In this document: in pieces, positions 38,150-49,606 of the stretch
Position numbering within the stretch: position 1 is the stretch's first letter
How the letters are laid out: every line of letters starts with the position of its first letter
DNA from: Chiloscyllium plagiosum
Lineage: Eukaryota
NCBI RefSeq assembly: GCF_004010195.1
Contig: NC_057718.1
Location: 19,606,104 to 19,670,103 of the forward strand
DNA: 64,000 nt
Reading direction: 5' to 3'
Program-made: the position numbers and the translations under genes
Notes under the pieces: generated by a model
The model's input: the letters and a program-made list of their open reading frames with translations, nothing else
What the model was told of the DNA's origin: nothing
Database searches by the model: none

Positions 38150-39857
38150 TCATAGAGTCATAGAGTTATAGAGATGTACAGCACAATTCGGTCCAACTCG
38201 TCCATGCCGACCAGATAACCCAACCCAATCTAGTCACCTGGCCCATATCCCTCCAAACCCTTCCTATTTATATACCCATCCAGATGCCTTTTAAATGTTA
38301 CAATTGTACCAGCCTCCACCACTTCCTCTGGCAGCTCATTCCATACATGCACCACCCTCTACATGAAAACCCTTAGGTCACTTTTATATCTTTTCTCTCT
38401 CACCTTAAACCTCTGCCCTCTTGTTCTGGACTCCCCCACCACAAGGAAAAGACTTTGTCCTATCCATGCCCCTCATGATTTTATAAACCTCGATAAGGTC
38501 ACCCCTCAGCCTCCAACTCTCCAGGGAAAACAGCCCCAGCCTGTTCAGCCTCTCGCTATAGCTCAAATCCTCCAAACCTAGCAACATCCTTGTAAATCTT
38601 TTCTGAACCCTTTCAAGTTTCACAACATCTTTCCAATAGGAAAGAGACCAGAATTGCATGCAATATTCCCAACAGTAGCCTAACCAATGCCACAACTTGA
38701 CCTCCCAACTCCTGTACTCAATAATCTGAGCAATAAAGGAAAGTATACCAAATGCCTTCTTCACTAACCTATCTACCTGTGACTCTATTTTCAAGGAGCT
38801 ATGAACCTGCACTCCAAGGTCTCTTTGTTCAGCATCACTCCCTCGGACCTTACCATTAAGTCTATAAATCCTGTTAAGATTTGCTTTCCCAAAATGCAGC
38901 ACCTCGGCATTTATCTAAATTAAACTCCACCTGCCACTTCTCAGCCCAAGTGTCATAGAGTCGTAGAGATGTACAGCATGGAAACACACCCTTTGGTCTA
39001 ACTTGTCCATGCTGACCAGATATCCCAATCCAATCTAGTCCCACCTGCCAGCACCTGGCCCATATCCCTCCACACCCTTCCTATTCGTATCCTGATGAAG
39101 GGTTTTTGCCCGAAACGTCAATTTTACTGCTCCTCGGATGCTGCCTGAACTGCTGTGCTCTTCCAGCACCATTAATCCAGAATCTGGTTTCCAGCATCTG
39201 CAGTCATTTTTTTTAACCTTATTCATATACCCATCCAGTTGCCTTTTAAATGGCCCATCTGATCAATATCCCGTTATAATCTGGGGTAACCTTCTTCACT
39301 ATCCACTACCCCTCCAATTTTGGTGTCATCTGCAAACTTACTAACTATACCTCTTAGGCTCACATCCAAATCATTTATATAAATGATGAAAAGTAGTGGA
39401 CCCAGCACCGATCCTTGTGGCACTCCACTGGTCACAAGCCTCCAGTCTGAAAAACAATCCTCCACCACCACCCTCTGTTTTCCACATTTGAGCCAGTTCT
39501 GTATCCAAATGGCTAGCTCTCCCTGTATCCTATGAGATCTAACCTTGCTAACTAGTCTCCCACGGGGAACCTTGTCAAACGCCTTACTCAAGTCTACATA
39601 GATCACATCTACTGCTCTGCCCTCATCAATCCTCTTTGTTACTTCTTCAAAAAAACTATATCAAGTTTGTGAGACATGATTTCCCATGCACAAAGCCATG
39701 TTGACTATCCCTAATCAGTCTCCCATGCACAAAGCCATGTTGACTATCCCTAATCAGTCCTTGCCTTTCCAAATACATGTACACCATGTCTCTCAGGATT
39801 TCCTCCAACAACTTGCCCACCACCGACGTCAGGCTCCCTGGTCTATAGTTCCCTGCC
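38150..39857 (-). mobile_element. CR1 LINE (RT to 3' end) containing a nested CR1 tail (~38950-39250), which itself contains a Penelope mini-insert (39091-39218)
   Basis: ORFs 39274-39606 (DLSKAFDKV..VPQGSVLGP..FADDTK) and 38405-38902; host continuity tcagccca|tggcccatc. Confidence 0.92.
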
Positions 39858-41290
39858 TTGGATAAAATTTTGAAGTCCGAATTTAACAGCGAAATAGGCC
39901 TATGCGAAGCACAGTCCTCCAGGATCTTCCCTTTCTTGAGAATGAGAGAGATGTTAGCCTCTCTCAGGGATGGCGGGATGCAGTCATGACTGTATGAATA
40001 GTTGTACATGTCCAGCATCAGCCCTGACAGGATATTTATAAATTCTTTGTAGAATTCACTCAGAAGACCATCAGGGCCGGGTGCCTTCACACTTTGAAGC
40101 TGTCTTACCGCATCCTGTCTCTCCTGCACTGTCACGGGGATATTAAGAAGAGACACCTGTTCCAAGGTCAAACCTGGAAGGTCCAGGATCTTAAAAAAGA
40201 CTCCACCTTAGCCAACCTATCCTTGCAGCATTCCGAACGATGTAGTACAGAGTAAAATCTCTGAAATGCTGCATTGATCTTTTTAAAGTCACAGGTAGGA
40301 ATCCCAGTATCTTCTCTGACTAATGTAATGGATTGAGGGGCCGCTCTTTCTCCTGGCCAGATATGCCAGGTATTTGCCCAGCCGATCACCATACTCAAAC
40401 AGCCTTTGTTTTGCGAAAGAGAGTTCTCTCTGCACTTTTCTGAGTGAGCATGGAGTTCAAAGTAACCTGGAGAGCTGTGACTCGCTGCAATTTAGACACT
40501 GGCGGCCTGTCAAAATATGCCAGCTTGGCTGCCTTCAACTATACCGCAAGCAGACGCTGCTGCTCTCCCTTCTGTCGCCACTGGCTGGCTGAATAAGAGA
40601 TAATTATCCCCCCAGCATAGGCCTTGGCAGTCTCCCAGAGTATAGATGGGTCACTAAGCTGTACCCAAATTGATAGCCAAGAATGCTTTAAATTCACTCA
40701 AGAGGTACTCGATAAACTTACTGTCCTTGAGTATAAAAGGATCCATTCACCAATGCCAGGAATCTGATCCATTGCCCTTAATCTCAACCTCCAAATACAC
40801 TGCAACATGATCAGAAATAGCTATGTTTCCAATTTTACAGGACATCACCGAATCTAGAAATACCAAGGGAGCTAAAAAAGGTCAATCCTGGTATGGCACT
40901 TGTGTGGATTAGAAAAGAAAGGTGAAGTCCCTACCCATGGGCTGGAGACATCTCCAAACGTCCACCAGCCCAATTCCATGTCTAAGTCAACCAGTTGCTT
41001 GGATTGCGGAGAGATGTTTGAGAACTTTGGGCATTCTATTCACTGTGGGGTCCATGAGACAATTAAAATCTCCCCCTATAATAGGGTGTTGCATTCCAGG
41101 GCAATCAATTTCGAAAATGCATCGGTCAGGAATTTGAGGGGTGTGCTGGGGGACAGTAAACATTTAGAATGCAATACTCCTCACCTCGTATTAAAGCTTT
41201 AAGGATTATGAACCACCCATATTCATCTAATAACTTAAATGGGAGATTCTTCTGGACAAGTATGGCCACTCCCCTGCTCTTAGTTTTGAA
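39858..41290 (-). mobile_element. L1/Tx1-type ORF2 fragment (endonuclease, linker, RT start)
   Basis: IGGDFNC, LVDVWRCL.P, AISDHVAV, KAPGPDGL..EFYK, EANISLILKKGK, HRPISLLNSDFKILSK. Confidence 0.9.
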
Positions 41291-41402
41291 GGACACATGA
41301 ATGAATTCTTAAAATGACTTTATTTACAAAATTCTTCGCTCTGGCACTGTACCTGACCAATGCTTATATATTTCTATATCAAGAAAGAGAATTGATTAGC
41401 TT

Positions 41403-41421
41403 GTGCACTAGATGGCAGTAT
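41403..41421 (+). promoter_or_regulatory. Candidate CTCF site
   Basis: gtgCACTAGATGGCAGta is close to the CTCF core CCASYAGRKGGCRS (one core mismatch). Confidence 0.35.
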
Positions 41422-41544
41422 CCTGGTAATCAGGATCCCTCTTTCAAAACACTAAGTCACCTTTCATATTGATCCTTGGTGAATTGTTTGCACAGTAAAT
41501 TTAACTTTGAAAAATTGAAGTTACTCAATTATTTTCCAGTCCAC

Positions 41545-41855
41545 TGTCGTAGCTGTGATTCAGTTGGGAACATTCATGTTACTTAATCAGAAGGTTCAAG
41601 CTTTGCTGCAGGACAAGATCTAATCTGACTGTCCAGAGCAGTACTGAGGGAGTGCTACACTGCCAGCAGTGCTGACTTTCATGAGATGTGAAATGCCATC
41701 TGATCTTAAATAGGACCAAAAAATGTCATGGGACTTGACATCCAATTGCATTAAAGTCAACGTTAACTCTTTGCTGTTTGTGGAATCCTGCTGTGCACAG
41801 ATTGGCTGCTCCATTTCCAACATTAAAACAATGACAACACTTTCAAAGAACTTAC
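41545..41855 (+). mobile_element. Deu-domain SINE (SacSINE1/AmnSINE-like), decayed
   Basis: gcagtactgagggagtgctacactg core and gctgtttgtggaatcctgctgtgcacagattggctgct tail. Confidence 0.7.
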
Positions 41856-41859
41856 AACA

Positions 41860-42600
41860 ACAGCTTGTATTTATGTCATGTCTTTATCAAAATAAAATGT
41901 CCAATAACTTTGTAAAGCAGCGATAGCAGAGTCTGACACATACCCATATGAGGACACTTTGAGGCAGTGGACCAAATGCAAAGCCAAAGGGGTAGATTTT
42001 AAAGAGGCTTATCAAAGAAAAACACAGAACTCGAGAGGTTTATGAATTGAATTCCAGAGCTGAGAGTCCTTGACAGTTGAGGGATTGACAATGATGAAAT
42101 TGTTAAGAATCAGCGATGGTCAAAAAGCCAAAACTGAAAAGGAGTTCAGACATCTGGAAGGGGCTGGAAGAAATAACCAAAACAGGAAAAGGTGAGACCT
42201 TGGAGAGAATTGAAAACAAGGGTGAGAAATTTCAAAATCCAGGCATTGCTTAAATGGGAGACAATGTAAGTCAACCAATGCAGGAACGGCAGGTAAACGG
42301 AACTTGCTTCGGGTTGAGGACAAGGAGAGAAGAGCCTTGAATGAGCTGAAGTTTGTTGAGAGCAGAACACAGGAGGCCATCCAAGAGTGAGCTGGAATTG
42401 TCAAGTCTGCAGGTAACAAGGTCACAGATAAGCTGAACTAGAAACAGAGTTAGGCACTGTTACGGAAGCAGTCACGGCGATGGCACAGATCTGTGGTCAG
42501 AAGCTTATCATAGGGACAAATTTGATGCCGAGGCTATAATTAGTCTGGTTCAGCCACAAAGCTGCCAGAGAGAGAGGGACAGAGTCAGTGGCTAGGATAG
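41860..42600 (-). mobile_element. L2-like LINE 3' relic
   Basis: PALVDLHCLPFKQCLDFEI / LKFLTLVFNSLQGL (L2 LHWLPV..R..FK motif). Confidence 0.7.
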
Positions 42601-43699
42601 AGATAGTTCTGTTCAGGACAACATGGGAGGAATTATCAAGGGATAACGTTTACTGAAAGAAAGATCATCAAATGGAATATTGGTCCAAATCGCTGACTAC
42701 CATGGGAACAGATCTGTCCGATGGTGATGACATCAAAAAGTGACCATTGAGCTTGTTGTAGGGGCAGACTGTGACCCCCCCAGATGCCTCCATCACAGCC
42801 TGAAGTTTAGACCTCAGTGCCATTCAAGTGGGAGTGAAGCATTGGTGGCACAGTGCCCGGAAAAGGCAGCAAACGGAATAGGGTTCAACATGGAAGCGGG
42901 CATAACTAAACTTTCAAAGGCATTAAATAGCTTCTCATTCCTTTTTTCTGTTTCTTTGAAAGATTTAATGTCATTCTTGTTGACTAATTTATGTGTAGTT
43001 ATTTTTTAAAAGTTCTTTTGAAAGTTTTATGTTATTGCTATTTATTGTCAACGTAATTAGTTGTTCTTAGTTAAACTGGGTAGGGGGGTGAGGGAAGGGG
43101 GGCATTTGGTTTGGGTGATAAGATAAAGTGTTGGGTGGATAGGCTGGCAGATTAGTTAATGCAGGATAGGTTCGGGGTGTGGTTGGTGTTGTACCTGGCC
43201 CACACTTGGAGGGGGGGTGCAGCAGGCAGGGGTGTGGAAGGGTGGTGAACAGTTGGAATGGGGAGGTAGTGCAGAGGAAGAGGACTGGGTGAGCGAGGGC
43301 TGTTGGCGGGAGGTCAGGGGAGACGGGGGTCAGGTTCCAAGGGGGAGGAGGGAATCAGGTGACCGGATAAAAGCAAATTACTTTGACAAAGCTTTCACAA
43401 AGGGTCAGTTAGACTCGAAACGTCAGCTCTTTTCTCTCCTTACAGATACAGATGCTGCCAGACCTGCTGGGATTTTCCAGCATTTTCTCTTTTGGAATCA
43501 GGTGTTCGGATTGGGAAGGGTTTGGTGCAGTGGAGTTGTTGTTGGGTTGCTGAGAGGGACAGTAAGTTGGAGGGAAGAGTTGAGGGTGGGTTTTGGTTGG
43601 GGGGGATGGGGTTCAGTGATGATTCAGGTAATTAACCAAGAGTCAGAGTCGGTTTTAATTTATCTAAATTCTCCTGAGTAACCAGCAAAACTCTTCAAA

Positions 43700-44880
43700 A
43701 TCTACCCCCTCGACCTCGGGTGGGTGATTCCACATGTCAGCTAAGTGCCCACCAACATTTTTAACTTTGCAGGCAATCACTGCAAAGCCCACCACCTTCC
43801 CAATGTGTAATCCCATGGGGACTGGGCGGTTGTATCTCGGCTGCTCCCCACAGCTGCTGCCCGATCCGCTGACAATTTCCAGCGTCTTCTCCTCGTCGTT
43901 GGCTCGAAAATTGTTTCGGGAAGTCCCGAGGTGACGAAAGGCAAATCTTTCTGGTGTTCCCACCTCCCTTCTGCAGACATGGACATTGGCAATGCTGGCG
44001 GTTTCTTGCAGTAAACGGTCCCCCCCCCCCCCCCCGCGATCATTGTCCTTCTGGAAGGGTGTGTTGCGCCGAAGTGTACGCTGATAGGTTCGCATTACAG
44101 CCAGGTTCCGGTATAAACCAAACTCCCTCATGTGTCAGCTGTCAGCTCGGTGAATTTCACAAAAATCGCTCGAGCATGAAGTCAGTGATGAGCCCTGTGT
44201 GAGAGTGGTCAGGTTAAGGAGCTTTACCACGGCCAGTGCAAACTGCATTCTCTGATCCGAGCCCCAGGGTTCATTCAAGGACAGCGCGGGAGAGACTCAA
44301 CCATTTAAAAGGGGCAGAATTGTCAAGGAGCCACACCTGGTTTCCAACCAGGGAACACAATGATAGCCGTAGATCCCTGACCTTCGTTTTAATAGAATCC
44401 AAGAACAGCCATAATTCAAAAGAAGACTTGTACAGCAAGAACAGCATCTGTTTCAGAATAGCATACAGACAGACACCAAAATAGCAACGGAAGTTTGAAA
44501 GGAAACTTTCCATTGAGCTCTGCCTTACTCTGAGAAGTATGTACGGTGATACTACTAATCGTTCCGTGGTTCATTAAGGGATATTTTCATCCAGTTCCTA
44601 ACAACAGTATTCCCTGCCTGGGTGCAATTAAATAAAGGTGTAGTGTTAGGTACTGTAACTCTTAATAGACGCGGTACAGTTTATAAACACTCTGTGCACC
44701 ACATGCCTTTTACGTACTTGTTCAGCGTTGTTACAAAAAAAAGGGATGTTTTGTATTTATGGTGTGAATCATTTGATTATTATTTCTGAAGCATGCCAGA
44801 TTGTAGCCTGTTAGCTTGTCAGTCGAGTAAATAGTTATTACCCAGGAAGTTGCTTCCGTTGGATTCGGGGCTATGTCCCA
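43700..44880. other. CpG-dense unique segment: CpG island, or terminal exon plus 3'UTR
   Basis: About 29 CpG in 43700-44300; acceptor ttttaactttgcag (43772); AATAAA 44631; ETS-like caggaagt 44843. Confidence 0.45.
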
Positions 44881-44886
44881 GGGGAG

Positions 44887-45110
44887 TCTAGATTAGAGTG
44901 GTGCTGGAAAAGCTCAGCAGGTCAGGCAGCATCCAAGAAAAATCGACGTTTCAAAAAGCCCTTCATCAGGAATGAGGCTGGGAGCCTCGGGGGTGGAGAG
45001 ATAAATGGGAGGGGGTGGGGCTGGGAGGGAAGGTAGCTGGGAGTGCAGTAGGTGGATGGAGGAGGGGGTAAAGGTGATAGGTTGGAGGGGAGGGTGGAGT
45101 GGATAGGTGG
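44887..45110 (-). mobile_element. Penelope 3'-end/pLTR fragment with a damaged hammerhead
   Basis: gtggtgctggaaaag..tcgacgtttc..cccttcatcaggaatg followed by the purine-rich 3'UTR. Confidence 0.8.
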
Positions 45111-45759
45111 GTGTCCTATTCGCCATTGTACATCCCACTGCTTCTCCAGGGAGCAGACCTTTTGTATAACCTTTACATTTACAAGTAAACTACTGGGACA
45201 AAGCAGGCAGATGTATCACCATAAACAACAGGAGCTTGCATATGCATGGTGCTCTCTCAGAATCCAAACTGGTACAAAGTCCAGCGCCAAAGTCAACATC
45301 AAACCCCCGATTAAGGCAAGATTAATCACTTCGCTGCTTGTTCAGTTTCAAATATCTCTGCCCTTGACCCACCCCTGAATTCTACTCCCACACAAAGCTG
45401 GGGCACTGGATTTGTTTAAACTGCGAGATGTCAGTCCTGGAGCTTGTTGAACCCTGTGGAAAGAAGCACACACAAAGCTGCTTGCCTCCAGCTCCTGGTT
45501 AGAAATGAGTAAGATAGTCACCATTTCAGCCTTTGAAATTGGATCGACCTTCTGAGTATCAAAGGAAAAAAACTTCTGTTAAAACATCAAACGGTTCACC
45601 TAGGGGGATAATGTAACATGTTCTCAGTGGAATGGTTCATCCAGCTACTAGAATAGCCAACTCTGAAAATTCAGGCCTTGTCTCTATTTCACATCTTGAT
45701 GCTTTTTCACACCATTATCTACAGGTACAGCATGACTTTTCAAATGGACCCTGACAATT

Positions 45760-46030
45760 CATAGAGTCATAGAGATGGACAGCATGGAAACAGACCCTTC
45801 GGTCCAACTCGTCCATGCCGACCAGAATTCCCAACCCAATCCCACCTGCCAACACCTGCCCCATATCCCTCCAAATCCTTCCCATTCATGTACCCATCCA
45901 GATTCCTTTTAAATGTTGCAATTGTACCAGCCTCCACCACTTTCTCTGGCAGCTCATTCCATACATGTACCACCCTCTGGGTGAAACAGTTCTCCCTTAG
46001 GTCTCTTTTATATCTTTCCCCCTCACCCAA
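45760..46030 (-). mobile_element. CR1 3' tail
   Basis: ORF 45767-46033; catagagtcatagag terminus. Confidence 0.9.
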
Positions 46031-47033
46031 CATCTCTACTCCAGTGAAACATTGGGAAGCTTGGAGCTAAGATTTTCATTCCCCACTCCAAATTCCATTC
46101 TCCAGCTACACTATCTCCGTCCCCGGTTGCAATCTGAGATTAAGCTGATCTGTTTGCTCTCTCTGCGCCACAATCGAACCAAAGATGAGTTTCTCACCAT
46201 GCATTTGTGCCGCCACTAAGGAACCTACTCCAGCCCCTTTATTATTTTTATAGGTATTTTTATTGAAAAAATAAAATGTTTAAGATATTTTTGCATAAAG
46301 TCTCGTATTTGAAAATACTGAAAGAGGTCCTTGCTAGGCAGTCCAAACCTCTGATGCAGCTGCTCAAAGGACATCATAACCTCCCCATCAAACAGATCTC
46401 CCAAACAGGAGATACCTCTGGACTCCCAAGTTTTAAATGTAGCATCTGTCAGCCCTGGCTGAAGTCCCAGTGCTCCCACTATAGGGATATAAGGGGAGGA
46501 TTTTTTTGAAGATTACCCTCATCTTGTCGCATTGTCCTCCAGGCTTTAATTGTATTAAGTACAATAGGGTTTTTACAATGGTCCATAATAGCTCTCATCT
46601 TGTCCATAAATAATAGATTGATGAAGGGTCATTTTGCTTGGGAGGTCTCAATATCTAACCAGATTGATTGTGGGTCACAAGAGACCCAATCAGCTATATA
46701 AGATAATCCGGAGCTCAATTGGTACCTCCTGAAATCCGGAAAGTCCAGTCCTCCCCTGGCTTGTGGGAGCTGTAGCTTTTCTAATTCGATAAGGAGCTGT
46801 CTGTGATTCCAAATAAAGGAGTCGAGCCAGCCGTAAAGCTTACGCAGCACTTGTCTTGGCAACATCAAGGGGAGCATTCTCATAGGATATAAAAGACAAG
46901 GTAGGATATTCATCTTAACTAAGGCCACTCTGTCTAGCCAGGATATTGGGAGATCTCCCCAGCATTGAAGGTCCTGCCTTAATTTATCTAATAAATGTAT
47001 GTAATTGGCTTTATATGGCTGACCACATACTGG

Positions 47034-47245
47034 AGGAGAAAGTGAGGTCTGCAGATGCTGGAGATCAGAGCTGAAAATGTGTTGCTGGAAAAGCGCAGCA
47101 GGTCAGGCAGCATCCAGGGAACAGGAGAATCGACGTTTCGGGCATAAGCCCTTCTTCAGGAAGGGCTTATGCCCGAAACATCGATTCTCCTGTTCCCTGG
47201 ATGCTGCCTGACCTGCTGCACTTTTCCAGCAACACATTTTCAGCT
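47034..47245. mobile_element. Penelope-derived fold-back mini-element with a hammerhead core (47128-47160, minus)
   Basis: 90-bp arms 47065-47154 / 47160-47249; 15-bp TSD ctgaccacatactgg (47019-47033 / 47246-47260). Confidence 0.9.
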
Positions 47246-47678
47246 CTGACCACATACTGGGGTGATAAGTACAGAAAACCTTCTAGTGACCACCAAAAGG
47301 GAAAGCAAGATCCGTCCAGTAAATGAGACACACTGGAGAGACCACCCAACGGCATGGCCTCCGATTTCATAAAATTGATTTTGTAGCCTGAGAACATACC
47401 AAATAAATTGACCACTTGAATTAAGCGGGACACGGATGTCAAAGGATCACTTAAGAAAATGAGTACATCATCCGTTTAGAGAGTAATTTTGTGCTTGCCT
47501 GACCCAACCCTCAAAGCCGTTATATTAGGGTCTGTTCGTATAGCTTCTGCTAGTGGTTCAATCACTAGCGTAAATAGTAATGGTGAAAAAGGACATCCCT
47601 GAAGACAGCCTCTGCCAATGCTAAACCTACCTGAACTTAAACCATTGGTGATCACCGCTGTTTTGGGATCATTATATT

Positions 47679-47865
47679 TGGGGCGGCACAGTGGCACAGT
47701 GGTTAGCACTGCTGCCTCATAGCACCTGGGTCCCAGGTTTAATTCCAGCCTCAGGCGACTGTCTGTGTGGAGTTTGCACATTCTCCCTGTGTCTGTATGG
47801 GTTTCCTCCCACATTCCAAAGATGTGCAGGTTAGGTGAATTGGCCATGCTAAATTGTCCATAGTT
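47679..47865 (+). mobile_element. HE1-like V-SINE, 3'-truncated, inside L1 ORF2
   Basis: gggcggcacagtggcacagtggttagcactgctgcctca head and V-core. Confidence 0.88.
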
Positions 47866-49606
47866 GTTAGCCAAATTTTTAAAACAGGACTCCATCTTCC
47901 CTGTTCTATCCTCACAGTCCTGCGACTTATACAATTCAGAATAGAACCTACTAAAGGCTGTATTGATCTTTTTACGATCACAAGTCAAGGTACCAGCACT
48001 TTCTCTGATGGACGTAATGGCTCGGGGAGCCTTTTTCATTTTGGCAAGGTATGCTAGATATTTGCCAGGCTTATCACCATATTCAAATAATGTCTGCTTT
48101 GCGAATAATATATCCCTCTTTGCCGTTTGGGTAAGTGCGGTATTCAAGGCTGCCGCAACGGCTGTGATCCTTTGTAGCTTAGTAATGGAGGGTCTGTCAA
48201 CATACACTGTCTCAGTTGCCTTCAAGCAAGCCTCGAGCAGGCACTGTTGCTCTCCCTTTTTGTCTTTTCTGGGTCGCAGAATATGAGATGACCAAGCCTC
48301 GAGCATATGCCTTAGTGGCCCCGCTTAATTCAAGTGGTCAATTTATTCGGTATGTTCTCAGGCTACAAAATCAATTTTGTCATCGAAGGGTTAATAGCCA
48401 TACCTGAGTTAATAGTTTTAAATTCCTGCGAAAATTACTTTATAAATTTGCTATCCTTCAATAAGAAGGGATCCATACGCCAATGTCGGGGGCCTATCCC
48501 ATCATCCCTAGTCTTAACTTCCATATATACTGTGGCATGATCAGAAATAGCTATATTACCTATTTTAAAAGACACTATCGATTTCAAAAGGGTCAAGGGG
48601 CAAAAAAACATATCAATTCTGGTATGGCACTTGTGTGGGTTAGAGTAGAAAGTAAAGTCTCCACCCTGGGGATGGAGACATCTCCACACATCTACTAGTC
48701 CTAGCTCTTTGTTCAGATCCGCCAGTTGTCTAGATCTCAGAGATATACCCGTAGTGCTCCTAGGTATCCTAGCCATCTCTGGGTCAATAATACAGTTAAA
48801 ATCTCCTCCTATAATTATATGGTGGACCCTGAAAGCCATTGACTTAGAGAATGCTTCTGTTACAGATTTAAAAGGGTGTGCCGGGGGACAATAAAGATTC
48901 AAAATTCTGTATTCCTCTCCGTGTATTAGGGCTTTGATTAATATATACCGTCCAGACTCATCTTTTATCTGGCTTAATATTTGGAAAGGAAGATTCTTCT
49001 GAATAAGAATGGCTACTCCCCTACTTTTTGAGCTGAAAGATGAAAAGAATGCTTGACCAAACCCACCCTCTTGTAGCTTTGAATGTTCTTTGTCAACTAG
49101 GTGTATCTCCTGTAAGAGAGCTACATCAACCCTTTCTTTTTTAAGACTGGATAATATCGTTTTCTTTTTGATTGGCGAGTGGCTCCCCTTGACATTCCAG
49201 GTGCACCACCTAAGTGAATGGCTAGCCATGATCGTCCAGGCAAGGCAGAGAATCCCCAGGAGGAAGAACCCAACCCAAAAGACATTGAATAGAAGACCAT
49301 AGAAAATTCACAAATAAAAAAATTTGTTAAAACTTTAAAATCAACACATTTAAGAACTGATCCTATATTAAAATAACGGAAAACATATTTGAAAGGAGAC
49401 TTTCCCCCTTGCTCCCGGGAGCATAACTATCTATCAATAACCCCACCATAACCTCTCCCAGCTAGGGCCCTGCCCTTGGCCCAGGCATTACAAAATGGAG
49501 TGAATAAATTAACAGGGAAAAGTGAGTAAAAGAAAGATGGAGAAAGAAAGAAAGGTAAACAAAGTGGGTCAAAATAAAGTTATCCATACAGTTCAAGTCC
49601 CACAGT

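Larger units (their letters stand above)
46280..49229 (-). pseudogene. L1 ORF2p (APE endonuclease and partial RT), disrupted
   Basis: TWNVKG, LLQEIH, IGGDFN, TRIDMF, AISDH; RGCLQGCPFSPLLF; KMNILP..ARGGLDFPD. Confidence 0.92.

Noticed and set aside
43080..43630. G-rich tract and 154-aa ORF (possible G-quadruplex)
   Set aside because: Low-complexity, repeat-like sequence containing a Penelope mini; the ORF is compositional.
44271..44513. 80-aa minus ORF ending in TGA, faintly like a deiodinase N-terminus (Sec read-through considered)
   Set aside because: No NFGSCTU motif, further stops follow, and no convincing SECIS.
48227..48305. 13-bp direct repeat caagcctcgagca
   Set aside because: Both copies fit native ORF2 codons (LLEA, YARGL); not a TSD.
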